DNA of 63,842 nt, counting the filler, from Reclinomonas americana ATCC 50394 (Eukaryota): the NCBI GenBank assembly GCA_048213135.1. It is 21 parts of 21 records of this genome, joined end to end, with 100 filler letters (N's around TTAATTAATTAA, not from the genome) between each part and the next. Parts side by side here need not be neighbours in the genome. Positions count along the whole stretch, not along the records: positions 36,916 to 39,735 come from AFZH01021040.1; positions 39,836 to 41,288 come from AFZH01021041.1; positions 41,389 to 43,601 come from AFZH01021042.1; positions 43,702 to 45,127 come from AFZH01021043.1; positions 45,228 to 47,791 come from AFZH01021044.1; positions 47,892 to 50,113 come from AFZH01021046.1; positions 50,214 to 51,555 come from AFZH01021047.1; 14 more parts are not named here. One strand, given 5' to 3'. The position numbers were made by a program, and so were the translations under genes. The notes beneath the pieces were generated by a model. The model searched no databases. It was given only the letters and a program-made list of their open reading frames with translations, and was not told the origin of the DNA. Shown piece by piece: positions 37,126-50,365 of this stretch. The stretch's first letter is position 1, and the number at the start of each line of letters is the position of its first letter.

Positions 37126-40100
37126 GCCTCACCCTCCCCTCCATGATGCTCCCGGCATCCATCCGTGCCCGTCTGAGTGCTCGTGGCGGCGCACCATCCC
37201 CCTCCAGCTCGGCCAGTCGTCCCGGCACGGCAACTGGTGTGGTCTCCTTCTCTCCTTCCCTGTCTTCTCCCTTCCCACTGTTTCTGACATTTGGGATCCC
37301 GTGACAGGATCACGATTCCTGGCGCAGCACGAGGCGAACCCAGACCACTCGCCGAGCGAGTCGGAGAGTGATGGCCACGGCGCCGCGGCGACTGCACGAG
37401 ATCGACCTGGCTCCGCCCCCACGCACTCGTCGGCATCCAACGCCGCACGCACCGCCTTGCGTTTGCTGCGTGGCGCCGGTCAGCCGCAGCAACCGGGCGA
37501 CAGTCCTCGCAGCGGCACGCCAGCAAGTCCTCGCCCCAACAGCTCCACCTCGATGGCCTCTGCGAGGCGTGCACGAGCCGCAGCGGCGGTGAGTTTTGTG
37601 GCAAAGCGTGGTGCTTTTTTGATGCCTCTTTCTTATCTTGCAAGCAGGATGGAAGCGACGACAGCGATGACAGTCTTGACCGAGCTGTGGCACCGCGGCT
37701 GTCGACCCCGTTGGAGCAGTATCGGCGGCGACTTGGCGGGTGAGTCTCGGTCTTTTTTCCTGCAAGAGTTGTGTCTTTTTCTCACCGTCCACTGCAGGAG
37801 TGATGTGGCAGCCGATGCTGAAGCTCGTGAGTGCTTGTGGCAATCCTCTCTCTCCATGTACTTGCTTTTCTCATTCTTCTCTTTCGCAGGCCGTCAACGC
37901 AACCTGGTTCCGCGAGCCTATGCCGTGTATCCCGGCCTGCCGGGTCGCGGTGGATTCCTGCAGAGTTCGATTGTGTTCGACCTCTCCATGTTTGAGCGGC
38001 AACCAGGCACGCGACAGGTCGACTGTTCTCGACGACCTCCAAGTTGAGTAACATGGGTCTCATTCCCTTCTCAGTTTGTGATCTCAACTCCTCTTCCTCC
38101 ACACCAGTGCCGCTGGATGAGCCACATGTGAACGGCGATGTGCATGCCCTCCCGCACGATGAAAAGGAGGAGGAATTCGTCGTGCCCGGCGGTCTGCAGC
38201 GCATCGTGCACAGCAATGTGGAGGAGACCGAGCGACACTTGCAGTGGATGTGTGCGCCGAATACTGTCCCCTTGGTGATGGGGCTGGCGGCCACGTTCCG
38301 CACGCCCGTCATGATGCACAATATTCACCTGTTTGCGCCTGCCTCGGGTTTGTGCTGACGTGCTGCGAATCCAAGATCATGGGTGGTGGTGACTCACGTG
38401 TGCGAGTGCGCAGGACTGACTCCACGCGATGTGGTGTTTGGCGGACTGGTGGCCTCGGTGTGCCCGGGTAACGTGCACGGCGGACGCATCGGCTCACTGA
38501 GGCTACGTTACGAGCCGACGGATCTTGTCGGTGGCGAGCACGTGGTGGATTTGCGGGACGGCAGGTGCGCTCACTTTGGTCTGTCTGGCCTGTATCCTGT
38601 TTGCTAATCACCTCGCTCGCAGCAACGTGTTCGAGCCACTTCGCGTGCTGCTGGTGCCACTGCTGTTTGCCAATGCCGCGGCTGATGTGGTGGTGATTGG
38701 CAACACGATTACACCGCGTGGACCGAATGTCGAGGCCGTGTATGGAGTTGCGGCTGAATCACATGCACTTGTGTGCTGTTTTCCTGGTTGCTTACTGGTC
38801 GATGCAGATTCTGTTCCACATGCTGCGGTGCACGGGTGCGGAACTCACTCTCGACATTGAGAAGCGGTGAGTGGCGACTGTGGCGGCAGGTGGAATGCAC
38901 ACCCTGCGCTCACTCTTCCGCTCGCAGATCATTCCCACCGCATGCCACTGGTCGTATCCGTGTGAAGCTTGGCGAACCAGCGCGCGCATTGCGTGCTTTC
39001 AAGTACCACGTGTTTGGCGACGTGATGCGTCTCACTGGCAAGGTTCTGGTCGGCGGCCAAGTGCCCTTCAAGGTCTGTCTTGGCGATTGACAGCTTTCGT
39101 GGAGCGCCCCCGGGCTCATAGTGTGACGAATAGGTGGGTCGCGAGGTCTGCCGCGCCATTCAGGAGATCTTCCAGCAAGATGAGGATTTGCGGGAGATTC
39201 CGCTGGATGTGAGTGTGCACAAGTACCCAAAGGAGCTCAACGATGGGACGGGATGTGCTGTGTTGTTGCGTGGCGCGAGAAGGGGAAGGGAGGGAGGGTG
39301 GGGGAGAGAAGGGATGTGCTCATGTGGTGTGGTGTGCAGTTTGCTGGGTGAGACGACGACGGATGTGGCGTTCTTCTCGCAGGCGTTGCGAACGGAGCAA
39401 GGTTTGTAGCGCTGCAGAGGGGGAGGAGAGGAGGGAGGGCAAGGGGGGAGGGGGCAGGGGAGGAGGGAGAGAGAGGAGGGAGAGAGAGGAGGGAGAGAGA
39501 GAGGAGGAGGGATAGGAAGAGAGGAGGGAGGAGAGGACGGAGAGAGAGAGGGAGGGCAAGAGAGGAAGGAGACGCACACCATCCCGCAGCAGAGACAGAC
39601 GTAAGAGGGAAAAGAGGAAGAGGCAGAAGAGGAGAGAAGGGAGAGACGGAAATCAAGGAGAGACGAAGCCGTGCAGTGCTGAGAGAGAAAGAGTGAAAGA
39701 GATGAGCGTGTGAGAGAGATAAAGGAGACCAAGCCNNNNNNNNNNNNNNNNNNNNNNNNNNNNNNNNNNNNNNNNNNNNTTAATTAATTAANNNNNNNNN
39801 NNNNNNNNNNNNNNNNNNNNNNNNNNNNNNNNNNNTGGAATAGGGAAAAGAGGAAGAGGCAGAAAAGGAGAGAAGGGAGAGACGGAAATCAAGGAGAGAC
39901 TAAGACGTGCAGTGCTGAGAGAGAAGGAGTGGAAGAGATGAGTGTGTGAGAGAGAGATGAAGGAGACCAAGCCTTACGTCATCCTGTAGCAGCAGAGAGA
40001 AAAGAGGAAGAGGCAGAAGAGGAGAGAAGGGAGAGACGTTATTCAAGGAGAGACGAAGCCGTGCAGTGCTGAGAGAGAAAGAGTGGAAGAGATGAGTGTG

Positions 40101-41121
40101 AGAGAGAGAGATAAAGGAGACCAAGAGAAGAGAAAGCATGAGAGTGGAAGTCTTGCAGTTACCCAACGGCCGCAGTCACTGTTGAAACATGTAATATTGT
40201 GAGACACTTGAGTGATTAGAGATCAGGATGATGGGAGAGTAGGAAGAGAGGAACGCATGGCGTGGTGAGGGACGGAACCATACAGTTATTGCGGAAGAGA
40301 AAAAGAGAGAGGATACGAGGACACTAGGGACGAGACGGAGAGGATCTGTGATCACAGAAGAGTGTGAGAGAGAATGAAAAAGAGAGGGAGGGCAAGAGTT
40401 TAGGGAGATACAAGTTATGTAGGAGAGAAGACTGACGAGAGGCTGGAAGGAAGAAGTCTTCCGGGAGAGCATTTTTGGAGGCACAGTGCCGGACGGAAGG
40501 ACGCAATCTTGGAGAAGAGAAAGGGAGAAGAAGACAAGAGGGGTGACGGGCAGATACAGTATTATGAGAGAATGCGTGTGAGAGTGCAATTGAGTGGAGA
40601 CTCGCGCTCTACCTTCTGGAGCACCGTTTGTGAACTCGCACCTTTCGCAGACGGCGTGTTCCACTCACACGAGCTGGCTGTGGAGATTGCGAACGACGTC
40701 AAGATGCGCATCACTCGCGCTTTCTGTGTCGACAAGTTGCGCACTCCTGCCTCTCTCGTATTCTCTCTTCGTCGTCGCACTCACCTCTTCCATTCCCAGC
40801 GATTTTGTGGAGCTGCTGGTGACACTCATGGCGCTGGCCGACGGGCAGTCGCAGCTGCTGGTCGCACAGGAGGCGCTGACTCAGGAGGTGTTGCAACTCA
40901 TGTCGGTGATTGAGTTTATGACAGCGGTTCGTGTGGGGGTGGTAACTTCGTGATTACGTCGTGTGAGCAGAAAGGCTGACTCGCGCTGTGATGCATAGGT
41001 TCGCTTCTCGGTACAGCACAACAACGAGAAGCAGACGGTGTTGATCGAGTGCGAGGGTGTGGCCTTTATTAACCCGGTGTGGTCGACGGCCTCGATCGAT
41101 TTGCTGGATGCTGGTGTTTGA
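37126..41121 (+). CDS. Divergent RNA 3'-terminal phosphate cyclase (RtcA-like) protein with long disordered N-terminal extension, predicted catalytically inactive
   Basis: GLAATFRTPVMMHNI..GL..VASVCPGNVHGGRIGSLRLRYEP..VGGEHVVD..LLVPLLFA..GNT...GPNVE..LDIEKRSFPP, then CVD..LMALADGQS..LTQEV..VLIECEGVAFIN; TGA at 41121; spans the gap at 39736. Confidence 0.75.
39605..40125. repeat. Intronic ~130-155 nt direct repeat, 3 copies, split by a spacer
   Basis: GAAAAGAGGAAGAGGCAGAA..GTGCAGTGCTGAGAGAGAA..AAGGAGACCAAG recurs near 39610, 39845 and 40000. Confidence 0.8.
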
Positions 41122-42098
41122 GGTGGGGAGTGAATTAACTACGGCAACTACTTTATCCAAGCAGCATGATGTGGGTGAGCAATCGGAACTGATGAGAAGA
41201 CTGGCGCTTATGGAAGAGAAAGCACTAGGTAGATAGCAAGGGTCAAATGGAAGCTGGGGAAACAGAGGGTGAGGACAACGACGCAGCGNNNNNNNNNNNN
41301 NNNNNNNNNNNNNNNNNNNNNNNNNNNNNNNNTTAATTAATTAANNNNNNNNNNNNNNNNNNNNNNNNNNNNNNNNNNNNNNNNNNNNGCCCTCCCTGAT
41401 CAGAGGACGTCGGTGTCTTTTAATGACCGATGTGAGTGGCACTAAATGTGCGCGCTACTGACTGCAGCTCGTCGATTGTGGGTCGAAGAGCCAAAACCGG
41501 ATCCGGACGCGCGTTCAAGAAAGCCGACTTCACGGTGCAAAATTTAAAGCGTTTCCTTCTCTCAACGAGCACGTTCTCCGACTGGTAAGACATGCAGGTA
41601 AAAGAAATACGCACCGTCACCAGCCTCAGTCTTTCGCGACCAAGCTGCAGCTGGCTTGGGCCGCAGACGTGGAGCACACCCGCGCTGCCCCGCTCTTCCG
41701 CATCTGGAGAGCGTCGGTGCCCTTCAGGTGGTGCATGTGAGTGGCACTATGTGTGCGCAGTGCCATCTGCAGCTCTGCATTCGTGGAGGAGCCAAAACCG
41801 GACCCGCAATCGACGTGTCCAGTTTCTCGGAGTATCGAAAAAGCCCACAATAGACCTCGCACCTGTGGGAATTGCACGCATGTCATCTCGCATGCTTACC
41901 TCGTTCAGTGACGCCGGTACCCTCTGCGCTGGATGGGACTCCTCCGCGCTGGATGGGTGTGGGCAATGCGGGTGGGTTCCACGTCTGCGGCCCTACATCA
42001 ACCTTTCGCCTGACTGGTCATAAGGATTGGTGACGGCAACAACTCTTTTGCTGCTTCTCACCCACGCACGGCCGATTCATTTTTTTCGGAGACCTCAA

Positions 42099-45024
42099 TC
42101 AAGGCGCCGCGGCCACAGCCGACACCGTGCCCGCCACCACCGCATGCCGCGAGCCAGAACCCGACGCACCACCCGATCCACCCTCGTCGTGCTGCTGAAT
42201 CACGAGCATGACTGGACTCGCGACTCGCACCACCCTGCTCGAGTCGAGCATCACCAACTCAATGCCGTCCAACGGGTGCATGCCGGGCGACACGGCCAGC
42301 AGCGTCAGCAGGCAGTCAATGTATCCGCCGGCCGCCACGACACCCACATTCTGTTGGGGAGGGAAAGGGTGGTTGAGCAAGGAAATTGGAAGGAGTGTGT
42401 GTCTCTCTCTGTGAGTGAATGAGTGACTCTCTTCTTTCTCTCCACTACGACCAGCGCAGGTCGCCGGCGAGAAGCGCTTCCGCATGTGGGCGCCGGAGAT
42501 GGGCTACCACATGAAAAACACATTCCGCGGCACGTCTCGCAGATCCACCACGCCGAGAACCTACTCTCTCTCTCTCACTCTCTCTCTCTCTCTGTGAGTG
42601 AGTGAGTGTGCATCACAACTCTCACCAATGCAGCATTCTCATACGCGCGGATCTCTGGGAACGACGAGTCATTCTTGCGCAGCATTAACCGGTGGCTGAT
42701 GGCGGTGCGATTGATCACGCGCAAACGCGCGGTGAATGGTCGCTCCACCTCCGCCTCTGCCACATCCGCATAGCCGAGGAACTCGACGGCCAAATCCACG
42801 GGTGCCACGGCCTGGCGGGCGAGGGGGAGAGTAAGAAAAGGGAAGTGGAAGGGAGAGGGTGGTGCAACGCACCCGATACTGAATGGGCGTGACGAGGATG
42901 CGACCGGTGTCGAAGAATGACGAGCGCCACTCGATGCGCAGGTCGCCGAGGACCACAGTGCCGGCGGATGTGCGGCCCTGCGAAGAATGGAGAAGGAAAG
43001 GGGAACAGTGAGGGGGAGGGCAAGGGGGAAAGAGAGGGCAAGGGGGAAGGGAAAGGGAGGAAAAGAGGAAGGAAGGGGGAGAGAGAATGAGGGGAAGGCG
43101 GCGGAGAAATGGGAGAAGGAGGAGAAGGGAGAAGAGACAGAGATACAGAGAGACAGACTGAGACAGAGAGGCAGAGAGACTGAGAAACAGAGACTGAAAC
43201 AGTGACAAAGAGAGGGAGGAAGACAGAGAGAGACTGAGAGACAGAACAGAGACAGAGAGACAGAGGAAGAGACAGAGACAGCGAGAGAGAAGCAGAAACG
43301 CATGACAGACACAGAGACAGAGACAGAGACACAGAGAGAGACACAGACAGAGACAGAGAAACAGTGAACGAGAGACAGAGACAGAGATTGTGGCAGAGAC
43401 ACCGACAGTGGCAGAAACAGAGGCAGAGACAGAAGCAGAATCAGAGAGATAGAGAGAGATATGACAGAAGAGAGGGAGAGAGAGGGAGGGACAGAGAAAC
43501 AGAGACAGAGACAGAGACAGAGACAGAGAGACAGAGACAGAGACAGAGGCAGAGAGAGAGAAGCAGAAACGCATGACAGACACAGAGACAGAGATAGAGA
43601 CNNNNNNNNNNNNNNNNNNNNNNNNNNNNNNNNNNNNNNNNNNNNTTAATTAATTAANNNNNNNNNNNNNNNNNNNNNNNNNNNNNNNNNNNNNNNNNNN
43701 NGGGAGAGAGATATATGACAGAGGAGAGGGGGAGAGAGAGGGAGGGACAGAGGCAGAGAAAGAGAAGGGGAAGAGACAGAGGCAGAGTTAAGACAGCACG
43801 AGAGGCAGAGGCAGAGACAAACAAAAAAAGCGAGACAGTGACAGTGACAGTCAGAGGCACAGACGCAGGGAAAGAGAGAGAAACCGCGCGGAACAGACCG
43901 GAACCGAGGCATCCTTCAGTGACCGGTCGATGAATTCGTAGACGTAGCTGCGAGCCTCGTCCTTGCCCATGATCTTCTCGGCGGCACTGTGGCGGGGAAG
44001 GGATAAGCAAAGAGGGTGGAAAGAACAACACATGCATAACAAGAAAGAGTACGCGACAAGAGACAGCCACCAAGTCAGGAGACCAAACAACTACTCCGAG
44101 ACACTCACTTTTCCTCATTGTGCGACCTCAGCTCGAACTCGGGACTGGCAAAGAACTGCAGCGACTCGAGATACAAGGCCTGCCCTGACACGTTTTGCAG
44201 ATCCACCGTCAGGTACACGTTGCCCTGCGCCAGAAGAGGGTCAGACGAGAACAGACAGCACATGCTACGATGTCGCTCACCTTGCCCAGATTAACCAACG
44301 TGTTGAACTGCAGCGCGTGTTCGACGGTGAACTTGAAGGAGCGCTCGTATCGTCTGGCCAAGTGGGAGGCGTCGTTGAATGACAGCGCGCATTTCATGCT
44401 GGAGGGCGATGAGCAATGGAGACAGTGAATAAAGGCGATGATGAAGCGCGACGCAACACATAGTCGCCGGCCTCGTTGAGGGGGAACTCAATGGGCACGC
44501 TGATGGTGTGGCCGGAGAGGAGGGAGACGGGGTCGGTGGCGGGAACGGTGGACAGCTTTTTGGAGGGGGATTCGATTTGAAGCTGCGCACAGGGGGAAGG
44601 GTGGGGGGAAGGGAACAGGGGAAAAGGGGGTGGGGAAAAGAGACAAGGCATAATGAGAGAGAGAGAGAGAGAGGCACGAGCGAGTGCAGGGAGGAAGGGA
44701 AAAGGGACAAGGGGTGGAATACAATCGGCAGAGCATAAAGAGAGAGGCATTAGCAAGAGCGAGTGCAGAGAGGGAGGGACAAGAGAGAATGCAAGCATGA
44801 CTCAAAATCAACCCAGCAATGAACGTACCACCACCGTAAAGGCGCTGACATCAAAGTTGACCAGGTTCTGGAACGAGAACATGGCCTTGAAGATCTCGCC
44901 GACAAACAGCTTTCTGCAAGCGGGTAATGAGAACAGAGGAAAGGGAGAACGAGATGGCATGTGGCTGCCTGTTGTTATCGAGTAGCTTCTTGCCACGCGC
45001 TGGGCCCCATGCGTCTATTTCCAT
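42099..45024 (-). CDS. TRAPPC13: Trafficking protein particle complex subunit 13-like
   Basis: KLFVGEIFKAMFSFQN, LNEAGDY, YERSFKFTV, VDLQNVS..LYLESLQF, RSYVY, LGDLRIEWRSSFFDTGRI, VERPFTARLRVINRT, LTLLAVSPGMHPLDGIEL; start uncertain. Confidence 0.85.
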
Positions 45025-45233
45025 GGATCTCTGTGCTCTTCTTCCTTGCGTGCTCGTGTTCCCCAACGAGACTAATTGCCACGCTGTCAGCTTATTTGCA
45101 TCTTTCGCTCTCCCTCCCTCTTCCCTCNNNNNNNNNNNNNNNNNNNNNNNNNNNNNNNNNNNNNNNNNNNNTTAATTAATTAANNNNNNNNNNNNNNNNN
45201 NNNNNNNNNNNNNNNNNNNNNNNNNNNACACTA

Positions 45234-45298
<65 letters not shown>

Positions 45299-45510
45299 AC
45301 TTTGCTCTCTCTTCTCTCACTTTGCTCTCTCTCTCTCTCTCTCACTCCTCGCCTTTCACTTGCACAATCTGATCACTGCGCAGGTTGGTGTGTTGCGGCA
45401 CATGTGGCGCGCCACTGCCAGCACCAGCAGTCGCCATGTTCTCACAAAAGACAAAGAGAAAGAGAGGACGAGTGTGTCCTGTGAGTGTGTTGTCAGTGAG
45501 TGAGTGAGAG

Positions 45511-45634
45511 ATGGCGTTTCTCAAGGCGGATACTGTGCAAGTGGTGGCGCAGACAATGGGCATTGGTGTGTGTGTGTGAGGGAGTGAGTGGAAAGTGTGT
45601 GATTGAGTGAGATTTGCATGTTGTGTGTGTCTCT

Positions 45635-45674
<40 letters not shown>

Positions 45675-45771
45675 GTGTGTGTGCGAGAGAGAGAGACGCG
45701 CGAGTTTGCATTGTGGCTGTGTGTGCATGTCTCAATGTGTTTGCATGTCTGTCTGTGTTCATGTGTGTGCA

Positions 45772-45806
<35 letters not shown>

Positions 45807-48677
45807 GAGAGTAAGAGAGAAGAGTGTGCGCGAGAGACAAGAGAGTAAGAGTGACAGAGACAAGAGATTGCATTCCTGTTGTCTCACATTCTGTCTCTGT
45901 TTTATGTATGTGCGTGTGATACACACACGCACACACACACACACACAAAACTCAAGAGGGCTTGTGAATGTGCAAGTGAGAGAGAATGCATGCAAACTCA
46001 CACATGCACGCAGACTCCTCTTTCTTCTTCTTCTTGTCTCTCTCTCTCTCTCTCTTGTCTCTCACCTCGTTTCTTATTTTTGCAGAGCGCCTTGACGATG
46101 AGATCGCCAAGCATCTTGCGCACGATGTCGAGTTCCACATTCGCCTGATTGTGCTCGAGGCACTCAAGCTGATGAAACACGGAAAGGTAAGCAAGCTCGT
46201 TCTCACATACATGCACGCTCACTCTCTCACAAGTGACTTGACTGCAAGTTGTCTCTCACTAGCCTCTCTCTTACTGCTCCTCTCTTGTTCTCTCCTCTCT
46301 CTGTCGTGCTCTCTTCTTCTTCTTCACTCGCTCTGTTGCTTTTCCTTGCACACTCTTGCAGGTTGTTCCTCTCTCTCATTGCTCCTCTCGTGTTCTCTTC
46401 GTCCTCCCTCTCCCCCTTGCACTCTCTTGCATCCCCCTCCCCCATCTCCCTCTCTCTTCCTCACTTGTTCTCTTGTTCTTTCGCTCTCCTTTGCAACTTC
46501 GTATTGTGTTCCTTTTTGAATCGGCTGCTTCGGTCCTCGCTCGCTTCTTTCTTCCTATTGCGCTCTTTCTGTGCGTTCACTTCCGCTCTCGAAACGCTAA
46601 CTGCATTCTCTGTCCCTTTCGCCTTTGACAATCACCGGCAGTGCATATTCTCTTTCTTACTCATGCCCACTCTCCTGCTCTTCCATTGCTTCTGTCCCTC
46701 CAATGATACACTGGCGAGGTTCCTCGTCTTTCCTCTTGCCAAGCAACACCTTCTTTTCGTTCTCATTTCTGGAATCGCTCTCTTACACTTCTCTGCTCAT
46801 CTTCTCCCCTTCCCCTTCTTCCCCCTTCTTCCCCCTTCCCCCTTCTCCCCCCTTCCTTCCCCCCTTCGCCCCCTCCAGCGCACCCGCCTCACCACCGACG
46901 ACGTCAACCACGCTCTCCGCCTTCTCAACGTGGAGGGCCTCTATGGCTTCTCCGCCACGGAAAGCATGGATTTCGTGCGCGCCGCCCCCGACCTCTTCTT
47001 CATCCCCGACGAGGAGCTGGAGACGCGCACGATTCTCACCCAGCACATCCCCAACGTGCCGCTGGAGCCGACCTTCCACGCGCACTGGCTGGCCGTCGAC
47101 GGCACGCAGCCGGTGATTCCCGAGAATCCGCTTCCCGAAGAGTTTGAGAAGCGGCTGCGGCGGAAGCGTGCGCGCGAGGAGGCGGGCTTGCCGCCGGCGG
47201 AGCCACTCGTGCCGCTCTCCAGCACGCCCGAGGTGATGACGGCCGATCAGGGACCAGTCCTCAATCCGGTCACGGGGCTGCCCGAGCCGGCGGGTATGTG
47301 ATCGGGAGGGAATGAGAGAGAGGAAGTCAAGAGTGACTTACTATTTGTCGCTCCCCAGCACCACCGCTCGTACGGCACGTGCTGTCGCAAGAGTTGATTG
47401 AGTACTACGAGCGTGTGACGGACGCGGTGCGGTCGTACACCTCGGCGGCAAGTGGCGAGTCGGCGGCAGCAGAGGGCTCTGGTGCAGCGGCAGCGGCATC
47501 GGCGGCGGCGGCATCGGCAGCGCCAGCGCAGCGGTCGTGGGGTGCGGTTGCTGATGGTGAGCTAAAGTAAGAGATTCTGAGACCATTTGGGAGGCTTGTG
47601 CTCACGGAGAGTGGCAGATCGCGGAAGTGGCGCAGCGCCTGCGGTGCCCACTCCACGCTCCATCGACGTGCTCAAGCTGGCCTTTATGAGTGTGGCGCAC
47701 GACCCCGGTCTGCAGAGCCTTGTGCCGTATTTTGTCGACTTTATCGCGAAGGAGGTGAGGTGGAGATAAGGGAGAGGGGAAAGAGGGGAGANNNNNNNNN
47801 NNNNNNNNNNNNNNNNNNNNNNNNNNNNNNNNNNNTTAATTAATTAANNNNNNNNNNNNNNNNNNNNNNNNNNNNNNNNNNNNNNNNNNNNCACTCCCTC
47901 GCCCTTCTCCCTTTCTCCACTCCCTCACCCTTTCCCTTCACCTCATCGCAGGTCATCACCTCCCTCGTGCGCGCCATGCTGGACCCGAAGAACACGCTGC
48001 CCATGCGATACGGCGCCATTGTCGGCATTGCCGAGCTGGGACCGGAAGCTGTGCAACAGCAGCTGCTGGAGCCCATTGGAGAGTCCAACATGCTCTTTTT
48101 GCATCACATGGTTGGTTCGGCGTCCTCTTCCGGCCCTTGCTCCTTCTCGTAATTCTCATCCTCTTCTCCCAGTTCCGCCGCGAGTACGAAACCACCAGCA
48201 GCATGTCGCTGCAGGTGCAAATCACGTACTGCCAGGCGGCGCTGATGAAGGCCGCTGGAGTGTTCTTCCGGAAGGTGGTGCACACCACCTCCACCTCGGT
48301 GCAGCCGGCCAGAGCAACGGGTCGCACCAGCAAGACTGCAGCAGCCGGCCCATCGTCTGCCGCCGCCGCTTCCGCAATGGAGACACCGGAGCAGGAGTTG
48401 CGCTGACACGCTCGCCTCCTTATTTCTGTCTCGTCTCACGATTGTCGTCGACAGGCAACTCGCGGCGGAGAGTCGCGCACGCATGAAGGCACAGCTGACA
48501 AAGAACATGAACATGTCGGATCATTATCAGGAGCTGTACCGGATCTTTGGTGAGTGGGAAGCCGCTTGTGATCACTCTGCTTGTTGCTGACGCTCGCGCT
48601 CAGGCCACTCGGTCACGGCACTGGCGTCGCCACACGTGAGCAGCGGGCCGTCGGAATTGAGGAATCTGCTGGTGTAA
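45511..48677 (+). CDS. TAF6: TFIID subunit 6
   Basis: Histone fold ([51 protein letters not shown]), HWLAVDGTQPVIPENP, HVLSQEL..YYE, DPGLQSLVPYF, YGAIVGIAELG; TAA at 48677. Confidence 0.95.
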
Positions 48678-48775
48678 AATTGGGAAGGGAGGAAGGCGAG
48701 GGCGAGAAGAAACAAATCATTGAAAGGCGTCAAAATATTTCTATGACTCTGTGCGCGTGTATTATTCTATTCTTT

Positions 48776-50307
48776 TCACAGCTTGTCTTCGTCGTATTGC
48801 ATCCAGTGCTGCCAATCGAGCATGTCGCGAGCATCCAGTTGGTCCGTCACCTTTCGTAACCGGTCGGTCCAGTCGCGTGCTTCTTGGATGCGTTCTTGAA
48901 CGACCTGCGAGGGGGGGAAGGGCGGAAAAGGGAAAGTAAGGGAAGTGGAAGAGAGGGCAAGGGAGAGGGGGAAGGAGGGAGGAAGGAAGAGGAGAGGGTA
49001 AGGGAGGGAGGGAGGAAGCGAGGGAGGGAAGCAAGAAGAGTAAGGGTGCAGCAATTTCACAACGGGCTGAGTGAAGCAAGAAGAGTGAGGGTGGGTTTGC
49101 GTGTGAAAGAGGCGATCAGGAAAATGCAACAACTCCTTTCCTGTGAGACAACAGGATGACAGAAGACAGCTTCTCACTTGTACGGAGAGCAACTCGACGG
49201 CATTCTCAACTGCTGTCAGACGATGACTTGACACGTCTCCCAACCAAAAGAGCGAGACAGATAACTTCTCAACGCCCTCAGACGATATCACAATGTGAGA
49301 AGAGGACGAGGGCTCAACTATCTGACAAGGGCAAGAACGAAAAACAAGCAATCTCCATCGCAGTCGTCTCACGGTCTCATACACAGTGCTACGAAGCAAG
49401 AGAGCAAGTCTGGCGTCTTCTCGACTGCAAGGCAGCAGAACAGCACCCGATCGTCTTCCTCATGCAGAGTGCACAGAGCGACCTCGTAAATACATTCTCT
49501 AACGAGGAGAACAATGACGCGAAACAGAAGGTAGATGCACTCGCAACAGAGTTCGCAGTCCGTTCTTCGTTTCAAAAACAAAGAAAGGAAACATCGCGAG
49601 CTCACCTCCCTTTCCCTCCTCCTGCCCCCTTTCCCTTCCCCCCTCTCTCACCTCAATATTATTGTGCCCTCGCCACCGAATCATGCGAAACAGTCTCCTC
49701 TCGTTCTGATAGTTGCTTCGCTCGATGAATTCGTCGGCCCAGTACCGCCCGTAGATGACCGAGACCTTGCGCGCCACATCTTCTTGTGCGTCCACCAGAC
49801 TCTCCGTCATCACGTGCAGTCTGCGAATACACAGTCAGCCACGGCACACCTGCGAGTCTGAAAATGGACAATGACGCAACACTTTCACAGCCTCGTTCAA
49901 CCGCTCCTCGTCGACCTCGGTCAGCGGCGGTGCCTCCGCCGTCTTCCACTCGTCAATGTCGGCCGGCAGCTCGTAACCCTCCTTCTTCGCACGTTCGTGT
50001 GCGAGGTCCAGCATGCTGTCCACCAGCTGCGGAGTGGGGGAAGGGGGAAGGGAGAATGAGGGAGACGGAGGCAGGGGGGAGAATGATCTCTCTCTCTCTC
50101 TCTCTCGCTCGTCNNNNNNNNNNNNNNNNNNNNNNNNNNNNNNNNNNNNNNNNNNNNTTAATTAATTAANNNNNNNNNNNNNNNNNNNNNNNNNNNNNNN
50201 NNNNNNNNNNNNNACGACGTCGACGTCGTCCGACCGACGACGTCGGACGGAGGGAGGGAGGGGAAGGGAGGAGAGAGGAGGACGGACGGACGGAGGGAGG
50301 AGTAGTA

Positions 50308-50365
<58 letters not shown>

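Noticed and set aside
41868..41910. U1 snRNA-like ATGCTTACCT and ATTGCAC motifs
   Set aside because: Wrong order and no convincing Sm site; better read as a minus-strand GAG|GTAAGC donor.
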